From NCBI GenBank assembly GCA_038205305.1, contig JBBRBZ010000002.1, forward strand, positions 2,500 through 66,499: a DNA stretch of 64,000 nucleotides, given 5' to 3'. Position 1 is the first letter of the stretch. Every line of letters starts with the position of its first letter. The notes beneath the pieces are model-generated. The model ran no database searches, had not been told where the DNA came from, and saw only the letters and a program-made list of their open reading frames with translations. Positions 28,621 to 40,092 of the stretch are shown here, in pieces. This DNA comes from Gemmatimonadales bacterium (GTDB lineage Bacteria > Gemmatimonadota > Gemmatimonadetes > Gemmatimonadales > GWC2-71-9). The position numbers and the translations under genes are program-made.

Positions 28621-30833
28621 TGGACGAGCACGCCCGGCGCCGTCTCGGCGCGGTCGGCGCGCTGGTCCTCGGCGCGTTTCTCGCCCTGGCCCTGTTGCCG
28701 CTCCGGATTACCGGGCCCCTCGGCGGCTGGATCGGACCCAAGTTGTGGGGCGCCCTGGGCGTCGGGGCGCTCGGAGCGCCGCTCCTCGGGATTCTCATCG
28801 GGTTCGCTGGCTTCGATCGTCTGCCGCGCCTCGACATGAAGCGTGCCGCGATCCTCACCATCGGCGGCATGCTGCTGATTCCCTATGGGATCGGGGTGAT
28901 CGCCCGCGTCGATCAGAGTGTCTTCCTGGGCGCCCTCTCCACGTGGAGCTGGTCGGCGCGCCTCACCGGATGGATTCCCGGTCTGCTGGCCACGGCGGCG
29001 CATGAGTGGATTGGTGTCGCTGGGGCACTCCTCCTGGGCTTTGTCGCGCTCACTGCCGTGACCCTCGGCACCCTGGCTTGGCACCCGCTGCAACGGCTCG
29101 AACGCGGCAGTGCACCCGTCCTCCCCGTCCCGGCCGAACCGGTGCCGGTGCGACGTCCCGTCGTGGTCGATGCCGTCGCGGAAGATGTTGACGCGGATGA
29201 GGACGATGACGTCATTCCCATTCGGGGGCGCGCCGCACGCGCACCACGGAAGCAGGAGCAGCCCGCACCGCCGCGTGCGGCGGATGAGGCGCTGCCACCA
29301 CTCGATCTGCTCGATCCGCCGCGTGCGGCCAACCTCGACGCCGACAAGGCCGAGCTGCAGCGCCTGGGACAACTCCTGCTCGACACGTTGCGGACCTTCA
29401 AGGTCGAATGCACTCTGGCGGGGATCACGTCGGGGCCGACGGTCTCGCAGTTCGAGGTGGTGCCGGCCGCGGGCGTAAAGGCGGGACGGATCATTGCGCT
29501 CGCGGATGATCTGGCGATCACCATGCGCGCGGCCTCGCTGCGGGTGGCACCGATTCCTGGGCGGGGTGCCGTCGGCGTGGAGATTCCCAATCCGTCGCCG
29601 CGCATGGTGACGCTGCGCGAGTTGCTGGCGAGCGATGTCTTTCAGGATTCGAGTGCGGTGCTGCCGATTGCGCTGGGACGCGATGTCGAGGGCCGCCCGG
29701 TCGTCGCGGACCTGGCCCGCATGCCCCACCTCCTGGTAGCCGGCGCCACCGGCTCGGGCAAGTCGGTGGCGATCAATACCATCATCACGGCGCTGATCTA
29801 CAAGTACAATGCGAGTCAGCTCCGCCTGCTCATGGTCGACCCGAAGATGGTCGAGCTGTCGATGTACAACGACCTGCCGCACCTGCGCCAGAAAGTCGTC
29901 ACCGACAACAACGACGCGGCGAAGGTGCTCAAGTGGGCGGTGTACGAGATGAATCGCCGCTACGCCCTGTTGCACGCCAACGGGGCGCGCAACCTCGCCG
30001 AGTTCAACGTGAAGGTGCGTGAGGGGAAGGAACTCAAGAATCCGCCCGGCGCCCGCCCAACCTTGTCCACCGTGGCGCGTGAAGCGCCCGACACGCCGAT
30101 CGATGCGCCGTGGCAGGAACTGTATGCCGAGGGACAGCTGCCGATGATCGTGCTGGTCGTTGACGAACTCGCCGATCTGATGATGACGGTGCAGAGCGAA
30201 GTCGAGACCCCGCTCGCCATGCTGGCGCAGAAGGCACGGGCCATCGGGATCCACCTCATCCTCGCGACGCAGCGTCCGAGCGTGAACGTGCTCACCGGGC
30301 TGATCAAGGCGAACTTCCCGAGTCGCATCGCGTTCCGGGTCGCCAGCAAGGTGGACTCCCGCACCATTCTCGACCAGAACGGCGCCGAGGCGTTGCTCGG
30401 CAACGGCGACATGCTCTTCCTCCCGCCGGGACGGAACGAGCCGATCCGGGTGCAGGGTGCCTTCATCTCCACTGATGAAACGGAGCGGGTGATGAAGTGG
30501 TACGCCGATCGTCGCGACGCACCCGGCAATGCTGTGGCGGCCGAGGCCGACATTCTCGCGATCATGCGGGCCCAGGAGGACGCTGGCGAGGGCAACGGGG
30601 CGGGCGGCAGCGGCGACGCGCACGACGCGCTCTTTCGCCAGGCGGCCGAGACCTGTATTCAGCACCAGGGCGGGTCGACGTCGCTGCTGCAGCGCCGGCT
30701 CGGCATCGGCTATGGTCGGGCGGCGCGGGTCATTGATCAGTTGCACGACGCCGGGATTCTCGGGCCGCCGAACGGCTCCAAGCCGCGTGATGTCCTCATC
30801 GGCCTCCACCAGCTCGACGAATACGCCTCATGA
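28617..30833 (+). CDS. ftsK: DNA translocase FtsK
   Basis: N-terminal TM segments and linker, motor domain (HLLVAGATGSGKSV, VVDELADLMM, GIHLILATQRPS), and a C-terminal gamma/winged-helix domain (STSLLQRRLGIGYGRAARVIDQL). Confidence 0.93.
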   Translation: MMDEHARRRLGAVGALVLGAFLALALLPLRITGPLGGWIGPKLWGALGVGALGAPLLGILIGFAGFDRLPRLDMKRAAILTIGGMLLIPYGIGVIARVDQSVFLGALSTWSWSARLTGWIPGLLATAAHEWIGVAGALLLGFVALTAVTLGTLAWHPLQRLERGSAPVLPVPAEPVPVRRPVVVDAVAEDVDADEDDDVIPIRGRAARAPRKQEQPAPPRAADEALPPLDLLDPPRAANLDADKAELQRLGQLLLDTLRTFKVECTLAGITSGPTVSQFEVVPAAGVKAGRIIALADDLAITMRAASLRVAPIPGRGAVGVEIPNPSPRMVTLRELLASDVFQDSSAVLPIALGRDVEGRPVVADLARMPHLLVAGATGSGKSVAINTIITALIYKYNASQLRLLMVDPKMVELSMYNDLPHLRQKVVTDNNDAAKVLKWAVYEMNRRYALLHANGARNLAEFNVKVREGKELKNPPGARPTLSTVAREAPDTPIDAPWQELYAEGQLPMIVLVVDELADLMMTVQSEVETPLAMLAQKARAIGIHLILATQRPSVNVLTGLIKANFPSRIAFRVASKVDSRTILDQNGAEALLGNGDMLFLPPGRNEPIRVQGAFISTDETERVMKWYADRRDAPGNAVAAEADILAIMRAQEDAGEGNGAGGSGDAHDALFRQAAETCIQHQGGSTSLLQRRLGIGYGRAARVIDQLHDAGILGPPNGSKPRDVLIGLHQLDEYAS

Positions 30834-31870
30834 CCATGGTGAGAGCCCCGGAGGCATCCCGTGAGCCCGGACTTCCGCCGCTGTTGCGGCTCCTGATTGC
30901 CATCGCCTGCGTGGTGGTGATCGTCGGCGGGGTGAAGCTCGTGGCCCCGATCCTGACGACATTCCTCCTCGCGCTGCTCCTCGCCCAGACGCTGTCGCCG
31001 CTGATGCTGTTCCTGATCCGGCGCGGACTGCACCAGGGCGTCGCCATCGCCGTCACGCTGCTGGTGGTCTTCGTTGGTGGAGCGGCGGTCATCACCTTGG
31101 TCGGAGTTTCCGTGACCAGTCTGTCGCGACGACTCCCTTTCTACGGCGGCCAGCTGGTGGCGCTTCGGGATCAGTTGTTCGGAATGCTCCAGTCGCACGG
31201 CGTGAATACCTCGGGCTGGACCAATCTCGACGCCCTTGATCCTGCAACGCTTGTTGGTCCCGCCGCCGCGATGGCCGGCAACCTGCTGGCGGAACTGGGC
31301 CACGGCTTCTTCGTCCTGCTCATCACCGCACTGTTGCTGATTGAGTTCGCCGTGCTCTTTCGCCGATTGGACCGGGTAGATCGCAGCCAGCGCACCTTGC
31401 TCGTTCGTTTCGGCGAGATGAGTGTGGATTTGCAGAAGTACATCGGGATCACCGCTGCGGTCGGTGTGATCGGCGCAGTGGGATACGCCATCCTGCTGCA
31501 GTTGCTGGGTATTCCCTTCGTCGTTACTTGGGTCGTGCTCTACTTCCTGCTCGGTTTCATTCCTGCAATCGGTGGCGTGATCGCCGTGGCCCCGGTCGTC
31601 ATCGTCACGGTGCTCGAATATGGCGTCCAGCGCGCCGTGATACTGCTGGTGATCTTTACGGTCCTCAACTTTGTCCTTGGCGATCTCGTGAAACCGCGCT
31701 ACATGCAGCGCGGCTTCGAGATCTCGATCGTCGCCATCTTCGCAGCCTTGGTGTTCTGGGACTGGCTGCTCGGGCCGGTGGGAATGGTGCTGGCCGTGCC
31801 GCTGACGATCACGCTCCGCAAGCTGCTGCAGGAATTCGCGATTGACGTGCGACGGGCGGTGTTCGAGTAG
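30830..31870 (+). CDS. AI-2E family transporter (PerM/UPF0118)
   Basis: ATGA overlap with ftsK. Polytopic, with the conserved C-terminal block FIPAIGGVIAVAP.., LVKPRYMQRGFEIS.., GPVGMVLAVPLT. Confidence 0.8.
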   Translation: MTMVRAPEASREPGLPPLLRLLIAIACVVVIVGGVKLVAPILTTFLLALLLAQTLSPLMLFLIRRGLHQGVAIAVTLLVVFVGGAAVITLVGVSVTSLSRRLPFYGGQLVALRDQLFGMLQSHGVNTSGWTNLDALDPATLVGPAAAMAGNLLAELGHGFFVLLITALLLIEFAVLFRRLDRVDRSQRTLLVRFGEMSVDLQKYIGITAAVGVIGAVGYAILLQLLGIPFVVTWVVLYFLLGFIPAIGGVIAVAPVVIVTVLEYGVQRAVILLVIFTVLNFVLGDLVKPRYMQRGFEISIVAIFAALVFWDWLLGPVGMVLAVPLTITLRKLLQEFAIDVRRAVFE

Positions 31871-31997
31871 TCAACCAGGAGAGTGGAGAGAAGCGAAAAG
31901 CGCAGAGCATCGCTGAAGTCTGACGCTCCGCGCTCCGCCGTCCCGCCCCGCGTTCACCAGATGGTCCCTCCAGCGCGCTCGCCACGATCTTCGTTCC

Positions 31998-32402
31998 ATG
32001 TCTTCGCACCGCATTCCCGTCGAACAATGGACCGACCCACGTCATCGCGATGGCTGGCAGGGGGAACTTGCCGCCGCTGCGTGGCTTGAGCGTCGTGGCT
32101 GGACCTTCGAGGCCCACCGCTTCGCCCTGGGGCATCACGATATCGACCTGGTCATGCGACGGGGCGCCATCGTCGCCTTCATCGAGGTCAAAGTGCGTCG
32201 ATCGAGCCGCTTCGGGGCAGGGGAGGAGGCGATCTCCCATCGGAAGCGCCGGGTGATCGAGCGATTGGCCTGGGCGTGGATCCTCCGGCACGGGCAGGCA
32301 GACCAGCAGTACCGCTTCGATGTCGTGGCGCTGGATGGTAGCGGGCCCGGAAACCCGCTGATCCGCCACATCCCGGACGCTTGGCGACCCAACTGGCGCT
32401 AG
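31998..32402 (+). CDS. yraN: YraN family (UPF0102) endonuclease-like protein
   Basis: GELAAAAWLERRGW.., HDIDLVMRRG..VAFIEVKVR.., RFDVVAL match the YraN pattern. Confidence 0.8.
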   Translation: MSSHRIPVEQWTDPRHRDGWQGELAAAAWLERRGWTFEAHRFALGHHDIDLVMRRGAIVAFIEVKVRRSSRFGAGEEAISHRKRRVIERLAWAWILRHGQADQQYRFDVVALDGSGPGNPLIRHIPDAWRPNWR

Positions 32403-32425
32403 GCAAGTTGGAATAGTGGAGCGAA

Positions 32426-32443
32426 ATACTACAGTATGATACT
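32426..32443. promoter_or_regulatory. Operator-like element ATACT-AC-AGTAT-G-ATACT abutting the recA -35
   Basis: Three 5-nt arms in alternating orientation (32426-30, 32433-37, 32439-43) form two overlapping perfect palindromes. They sit in an AT-rich island 1 nt upstream of the candidate -35 box. Confidence 0.3.
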
Positions 32444-32444
32444 A

Positions 32445-32473
32445 TTGCTTCGGCGTAAATTCGGTTTTATATT
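32445..32473 (+). promoter_or_regulatory. Candidate recA promoter TTGCTT-N17-TATATT
   Basis: TTGCTT at 32445-50 and TATATT at 32468-73, in the only strongly AT-rich stretch between yraN and recA. Confidence 0.4.
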
Positions 32474-32520
32474 CGTTGCGTGATGTCGGTGGAGCGATTT
32501 AATCCACTCCATGATACCAA

Positions 32521-32548
32521 GTTCTCCGTTCTCCGTTCTCCGCTCTTC
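32521..32548 (+). repeat. Tandem heptamer GTTCTCC x3 plus a degenerate fourth unit (GCTCTTC) in the recA leader
   Basis: Read directly: gttctcc gttctcc gttctcc gctcttc, ending 19 nt upstream of the recA ATG. Confidence 0.7.
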
Positions 32549-32566
32549 AACTCTCCCGAGGACCCC

Positions 32567-33628
32567 ATGGCCGCCACCGAAGAAACCCGCCTCGAAGCCG
32601 ACAAGCGCAAGGCGCTCAACCTCGCCATTTCCCAGATCGAAAAGCAGATCGGTCGGGGGGCCATCATGCGTATGGGCGCCGACCGTCCTCGGGTGAAGGT
32701 GGCCGCCATCTCCACTGGGGCGATCAACCTCGATGCCGCGACCGGCATCGGTGGGGTGCCGCGCGGGCGGATCTCCGAGATCTATGGACCGGAGTCGTCC
32801 GGCAAGACCACCCTCTGTCTCCACCTCGTCGCCAACGTGCAGAAGGCGGGCGGAGTCGCCGCCTTCGTCGACGCCGAACATGCCCTCGACATCGAGTACG
32901 CCAAGCGCCTCGGCGTCGACATCGAGAACCTGCTGGTCTCGCAGCCGGACACCGGCGAACAGGCGCTTGAGATCGTCGAGATCCTGGTCCGTTCCGGCGC
33001 GGTCGATCTGGTGGTGATCGACTCGGTGGCGGCGCTGGTGCCCAAGGCCGAGATCGAAGGAGAGATGGGCGACTCGCACATGGGGCTGCAGGCGCGCTTG
33101 ATGGGCCAGGCGCTGCGGAAGCTCGCGGGGGCCATCAACCGCACCAACTGCGCGGTGGTCTTCATCAATCAGCTGCGGGAGAAGATCGGCGTGATGTTCG
33201 GCAATCCCGAGACGACGACGGGCGGCAAGGCCCTCAAGTTCTACGCGTCGCTTCGCCTCGACATCCGGCGCATCGGTCCGGTGAAGGAGCGTGATGCCAT
33301 CATCGGCTCGCATGTCCGGGTCAAGGTGGTGAAGAACAAGGTGGCGCCACCATTCAAGCAGGCGGAGTTCGACGTGATGTTTGACGAGGGGATCTCGCAC
33401 ACCGGTCTCGTGGTCGACATCGCCTCGGAGGCGAACATCATCCAGAAGTCGGGGGCGTGGTACTCCTACGGTGACCAGCGGATCGGTCAGGGCCGCGAGA
33501 ACGCCAAGCTCTTTCTCAAGGACAATCCCGCGCTGCTGGCCGAGATCGAGCTCAAGGTGCGTGAATCACTCGGCGTGCTCGCCGTGGCCGGTTCGCCGGC
33601 CGGGGCCGAAGAGGACGAAGGCGAGTGA
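32567..33628 (+). CDS. recA: Recombinase RecA
   Basis: ATG at 32567 inside ORF 32480..33628. [22 protein letters not shown], Walker [53 protein letters not shown]. Confidence 0.98.
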   Translation: MAATEETRLEADKRKALNLAISQIEKQIGRGAIMRMGADRPRVKVAAISTGAINLDAATGIGGVPRGRISEIYGPESSGKTTLCLHLVANVQKAGGVAAFVDAEHALDIEYAKRLGVDIENLLVSQPDTGEQALEIVEILVRSGAVDLVVIDSVAALVPKAEIEGEMGDSHMGLQARLMGQALRKLAGAINRTNCAVVFINQLREKIGVMFGNPETTTGGKALKFYASLRLDIRRIGPVKERDAIIGSHVRVKVVKNKVAPPFKQAEFDVMFDEGISHTGLVVDIASEANIIQKSGAWYSYGDQRIGQGRENAKLFLKDNPALLAEIELKVRESLGVLAVAGSPAGAEEDEGE

Positions 33629-34245
33629 TTGTCGAAGAATTGGTCCCCGATCCGCGCCGGCGGGCCTCCGTCCGCGTGATGGCCGGGGGTCGACCGGTCT
33701 GGACGGTCCCGGCCGACGTAATTCAGGAACTCGGTCTGGTCGAGGGGATGCCGCTTCCCGCGGGCGCCCATCAACGACTCGATCAGGCCGCCGACGAGGA
33801 GGGTGCCTTCCGGTCCGCCCTCAGAGCGCTTGAGCGGCGGGGCCACGGCCGCCAGGAGCTGGGGCAGAAGCTGGAGCGGAAGGGGCACACGCCCGAGGCA
33901 GTGGCGGGCGCCGTCGAGCGGCTCCTCGGCCTCGGCCTGCTTGACGACACCACCTTCGTCCGGGACTACATCCGCGCCCGGGCGGCACGCGGACGAGGCC
34001 CGGTCCGCTTGCGCCACGACCTGGCCATGCTGGGGATCGAGCGCGGCCTGATCGAGGAGGGCCTTCGAGAGCTCGCCCAGAGTGGCGAAGATCCGCTCGT
34101 CCGTGCCCGTGCACTCGCAGAGCGGCGGCTCAAGTCGCTGGCGACCCTCCCCCGCGAGGCCAGACGTCGTCGGCTGGCCGCCTTTCTCGCGCGTCGCGGC
34201 TACCGGGTCGAGGCCCGGCAGATCATTGAGCAGCTCGTTCCCTAA
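33625..34245 (+). CDS. recX: Recombination regulator RecX
   Basis: GTGA overlap with recA. Three-helix repeats ([44 protein letters not shown]). Confidence 0.85.
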   Translation: MIVEELVPDPRRRASVRVMAGGRPVWTVPADVIQELGLVEGMPLPAGAHQRLDQAADEEGAFRSALRALERRGHGRQELGQKLERKGHTPEAVAGAVERLLGLGLLDDTTFVRDYIRARAARGRGPVRLRHDLAMLGIERGLIEEGLRELAQSGEDPLVRARALAERRLKSLATLPREARRRRLAAFLARRGYRVEARQIIEQLVP

Positions 34246-34310
34246 GCCGTTGGGGGGCCGAAGGTTCGCGTTTCGCCGCTGCCGCACTGCCCGCGTTAGA
34301 TTGGTGGGTT

Positions 34311-36925
<2,615 letters not shown>

Positions 36926-36941
<16 letters not shown>

Positions 36942-37240
36942 AGGCGAGCGCCGACCTCCGGTGGTTCGCCGAACGCACCGATTCCGCCCCCGAGGTGTTG
37001 CGCGGACGGGTGGAAGCTGTTGCACTGGCGACCGATGGTGAGGACCTGGTTGAGTGGTTGGCAGACGCCGGCGAGGTCGCCCTGTCGGAAGCGATGTCCG
37101 CCGGCGCGTCGCGCGTCGCGGCACTCGACCTGTTGGCGGCCGATGCGCTGATCACGCTCGCCTTGTTGGCGGAGGCCGAACGAGCGCCAGCGATGCTGGG
37201 CTCGACGGCACATGCCCTGCGCATCCGGGCCGCGTCATGA
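36926..37240 (+). CDS. Small Ala/Glu-rich helical hypothetical protein (start at 36926 ATG or 36938 GTG)
   Basis: Overlaps the alaS end (a GTGA is possible at 36938), and its stop overlaps the next gene's ATG (ATGA at 37237). No recognisable domain. Confidence 0.45.
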
Positions 37241-37995
37241 TCGATCTGCACAATCACCTTCTCCCTGGTGTGGACGATGGCTCGCGCAACGTGCAGCAGT
37301 CGGTGCGCGTGCTCCGGAGCTTCGTCGAGAAGGGGGTGACCGACGTGGTCTGCACGCCGCACCTCCTTGCCTCGCACGCCGAAGCGGGATGGCCACCGAA
37401 CTACGAAGCGGCGTGGATGGCATTGACCGCCGAGGTCCCGGCGGGGATGACGCTGCACCGAGGGGCTGAGGTGATGCTCGATCGCCCGATCTCGCCGGCG
37501 ATGGCAGATCGGAAGGTGACCCTGAACGGCTCGCGATACCTCCTGGTCGAGTTCCAGCGCATGGTCCCGGCAGAGATTGTCTCCAGGGCGCTCGCCGATG
37601 TGACCCGTGCCGGGCTCATTCCGCTGCTCGCCCATGCCGAGCGGTATTCCTCCTGTTCGCCCGAAAGCGTGCGTGCGTGGCGAGATCTCGGAGCCATCAT
37701 CCAGGTCGACGCTACCACGCTCACCTTGCCCAGGAGTCGCGGCGAGCGCGCCCGGGACCTGATCCGGGAGGGGCTTGCTGATGTCCTTGCGGCCGACAAC
37801 CATGGCGACGATCGCTGCATTGCCACGGCGCTGGATTGGCTTGCGGAGCGCGATGCGGGCGAGCAGGCGATCCTGCTCCTCGATGCCAATCCGCGCGCGA
37901 TCATCCAGGATCAGGCGACCTATGAAGTGGATCCCTTGGTGATCCGACGTTCCGTGTGGAGTTCAGTGCGTCGCCTGCTGGGGTCGGGGGAATGA
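37237..37995 (+). CDS. PHP-family protein-tyrosine phosphatase (CpsB/YwqE type)
   Basis: MIDLHNHLLPGVDDGSRN.., VVCTPHL.., LAHAERY.., DNHG are the metal-binding motifs of CpsB/CapC-type phosphatases. Confidence 0.8.
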   Translation: MIDLHNHLLPGVDDGSRNVQQSVRVLRSFVEKGVTDVVCTPHLLASHAEAGWPPNYEAAWMALTAEVPAGMTLHRGAEVMLDRPISPAMADRKVTLNGSRYLLVEFQRMVPAEIVSRALADVTRAGLIPLLAHAERYSSCSPESVRAWRDLGAIIQVDATTLTLPRSRGERARDLIREGLADVLAADNHGDDRCIATALDWLAERDAGEQAILLLDANPRAIIQDQATYEVDPLVIRRSVWSSVRRLLGSGE

Positions 37996-38567
37996 GCGAC
38001 GACACGGCCATCGCCGAAGGGCTCCGCGCGCTGTCCGCGCTCGCGTCGTCCACCGCGGAACGCGTTGGAGAGTTGGCGCCCATCGTGTCCGCCATGCGCG
38101 AGTGCCTTCGCCGCGATGGCACGCTGTTCTTCGCCGGCAACGGCGGTTCAGCCGCAGACGCGCAGCATCTCGCCACCGAATACATGGTGAAGTACCACCG
38201 TGAGCAACCACGCGCGCTCCGGGCGATCGCGCTCACGACCGACAGCTCGGCTCTCACGGCGGCGGCCAACGACCTCGGGTTCGAGGAGGTCTTCGCGAGG
38301 CAACTCGCCGCACTGGCTCGGCCGGGCGACCTGCTGGTGCTGCACAGCACCTCGGGCAACAGCCCCAACTGCCTGCGGGCGGCCGAGCAGGCTCGCACCA
38401 TGGGCGTGACCACGGTGGCCATGCTGGGGGGCGATGGCGGCGGTCTGGCGTCCATGGTTGATCATGCCTTCGTCGTGGGGGACCATCGGGTCAACCACGT
38501 GCAGGAGATTCACCTCGCGGTGCAGCATCAGATTGCCAGCCTGTTGACGGCGGAGTTCGGGCGGTGA
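37992..38567 (+). CDS. gmhA: D-sedoheptulose-7-phosphate isomerase (SIS domain)
   Basis: ATGA overlap. FFAGNGGSAADAQHLATE.., ALTTDSSALTAAANDLGFEEVFARQ.., STSGNSPN.., QEIHLAV. Confidence 0.85.
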   Translation: MSDDTAIAEGLRALSALASSTAERVGELAPIVSAMRECLRRDGTLFFAGNGGSAADAQHLATEYMVKYHREQPRALRAIALTTDSSALTAAANDLGFEEVFARQLAALARPGDLLVLHSTSGNSPNCLRAAEQARTMGVTTVAMLGGDGGGLASMVDHAFVVGDHRVNHVQEIHLAVQHQIASLLTAEFGR

Positions 38568-39316
38568 TTTCGCTCACCGGCAAGCGAATCATGATCACAG
38601 GCGGTTCGCGAGGCATCGGTCGGGCCACGGCGCTGCTGTGCGCAACGGCCGGCGCGGACGTCGCGATCACCTACCATCGTCGACGGGTCGAGGCCGAGGC
38701 AGTGGTCGGGGCCGTGCGCACCATGGGACGGCGGGCCTTCCTGGGTGGCGGCGACCTGGGCGATCCGAGCCGCGTCAAGCAGCTCTTTGCCGAAGTGAAC
38801 GCGGCCTTCGGCGGACTCGACGGCTTCGTGCTCAATCATGGGGTCTGGCCCGCCGCCGAGACCGCGATCGGCCGCATGTCGCCCGAGCGATGGCGCGATA
38901 CCATGCGCACCAACCTGGACTCGATGTTCTACACCACCCGGGCCGCCCTCGGGTTGATGGCCGGCGGCGGGCGGATCGTGATGGTCTCCAGCACCGCGGG
39001 ACAGCGTGGCGAGGCGTTTCACGCCGACTATGCCGCAAGCAAGGGCGCGATGATCTCGCTGGTGAAATCGTTGGCGGTGGAGTGCGCGCCCCGGATCACG
39101 GTGAATTGCGTGGCTCCCGGTTGGGTTGACACCGAGATGACCGGTGACGCACTGGCGGGGGAGGGCGGGGAACGGATCGCCGCGACGATCCCCCTCCAGC
39201 GGGTGGCGGCGGCCGAGGACATTGCCGGACCGATCCTCTTCCTGCTGTCTGACCTTTCGCGTCACATCACCGGCGAGATTCTCAACGTCAATGGTGGCAG
39301 TGTGCTCTGCGGCTGA
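38564..39316 (+). CDS. SDR family oxidoreductase (FabG-like)
   Basis: GTGA overlap. ITGGSRGIGRA, NHGV, catalytic YAASKGA, PGWVDT. Confidence 0.85.
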   Translation: MISLTGKRIMITGGSRGIGRATALLCATAGADVAITYHRRRVEAEAVVGAVRTMGRRAFLGGGDLGDPSRVKQLFAEVNAAFGGLDGFVLNHGVWPAAETAIGRMSPERWRDTMRTNLDSMFYTTRAALGLMAGGGRIVMVSSTAGQRGEAFHADYAASKGAMISLVKSLAVECAPRITVNCVAPGWVDTEMTGDALAGEGGERIAATIPLQRVAAAEDIAGPILFLLSDLSRHITGEILNVNGGSVLCG

Positions 39317-39365
39317 TGTCTGCTGATGATCCCCGGTTTGGCATTCCTACTTGCTGGAGGTACCG

Positions 39366-40076
39366 ATGGTGTTCCGCCTCTCCACGCGTCGCGCGGCAGT
39401 CGCACTGGCCGTCGTCCTGGTCTCGAGCGCCCACGCGCAGTCGGCAGCACCAAACACGCTGACGGCGGCGGAGAAGAAGGCCGGCTGGCACCTCCTCTTC
39501 GACGGCAAGACCACCGATGGCTGGCGCGGATACCAGATGACCACCGTTCCGCCAGCCTGGCATGTGACGGACGGCGTCCTGACGAAGGCCACTGGCACCG
39601 CAGACCTGATCACCAAGGACCAGTTCGGCGATTTTGAGCTGGCCTTCGACTGGAAGATCGATTCCGCAGGGAATGCCGGTGCCTTCTATCGGGCGAGCGA
39701 GGAATACAACCACATCTACTGGAGTGGCCCCGAGTACCAATTGCTTGATGATGCAGCAGCGGGGGACGGCAAGAATCCCCTCACGTCGGCTGGCGCGGCG
39801 TACGGCTTCTATCCGTCCATCCGCGGCGTCGTGAAGCCGGCGAATCAGTGGAACAGCAGCCGGATCGTGGTGAAGGGGAATCACGTCGAACACTGGCTCA
39901 ACGGCAGGAAGCTGCTCGAGTACGAATTCGGCAGCCCGGATTGGGAGGCCAAGCTCAAGACCAGCAAGTTCGCCGTCTGGCCGAATTACGGGCGCGGGAA
40001 GCAGGGGTTCATCGGCTTCCAGGGCGACCACAATGGCGCGCTGTCGCTTCGCAACATCAAGATCCTGACACGTTGA
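39366..40076 (+). CDS. Secreted DUF1080 (3-keto-disaccharide hydrolase-like) protein
   Basis: ATG at 39366 after GGAGG. Signal peptide ..VLVSSAHAQ. GWHLLFDGKTTDGWRGY.., WHVTDGVL.., DLITKDQFGDFELAFDWKI.., FQGDHNGALSLRNIKI. Confidence 0.75.
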   Translation: MVFRLSTRRAAVALAVVLVSSAHAQSAAPNTLTAAEKKAGWHLLFDGKTTDGWRGYQMTTVPPAWHVTDGVLTKATGTADLITKDQFGDFELAFDWKIDSAGNAGAFYRASEEYNHIYWSGPEYQLLDDAAAGDGKNPLTSAGAAYGFYPSIRGVVKPANQWNSSRIVVKGNHVEHWLNGRKLLEYEFGSPDWEAKLKTSKFAVWPNYGRGKQGFIGFQGDHNGALSLRNIKILTR

Positions 40077-40092
40077 GGTCGCAGCGCACCTG

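Noticed and set aside
28581-30809. 742-aa minus-strand ORF opposite ftsK.
   Set aside because: It exactly mirrors the ftsK frame, has a low-complexity R/G/A/P composition and no recognisable domain, whereas ftsK on the + strand has all its motor motifs.
32403-32566. A canonical E. coli-type LexA box (CTGT-N8-ACAG) or Gram-positive Cheo box (GAAC-N4-GTTC) upstream of recA.
   Set aside because: I checked by eye. An ACAG is present (32431-34), but there is no CTGT at the required distance, and no GAAC-N4-GTTC is present. Only the non-canonical ATACT/AGTAT element was retained as a finding.
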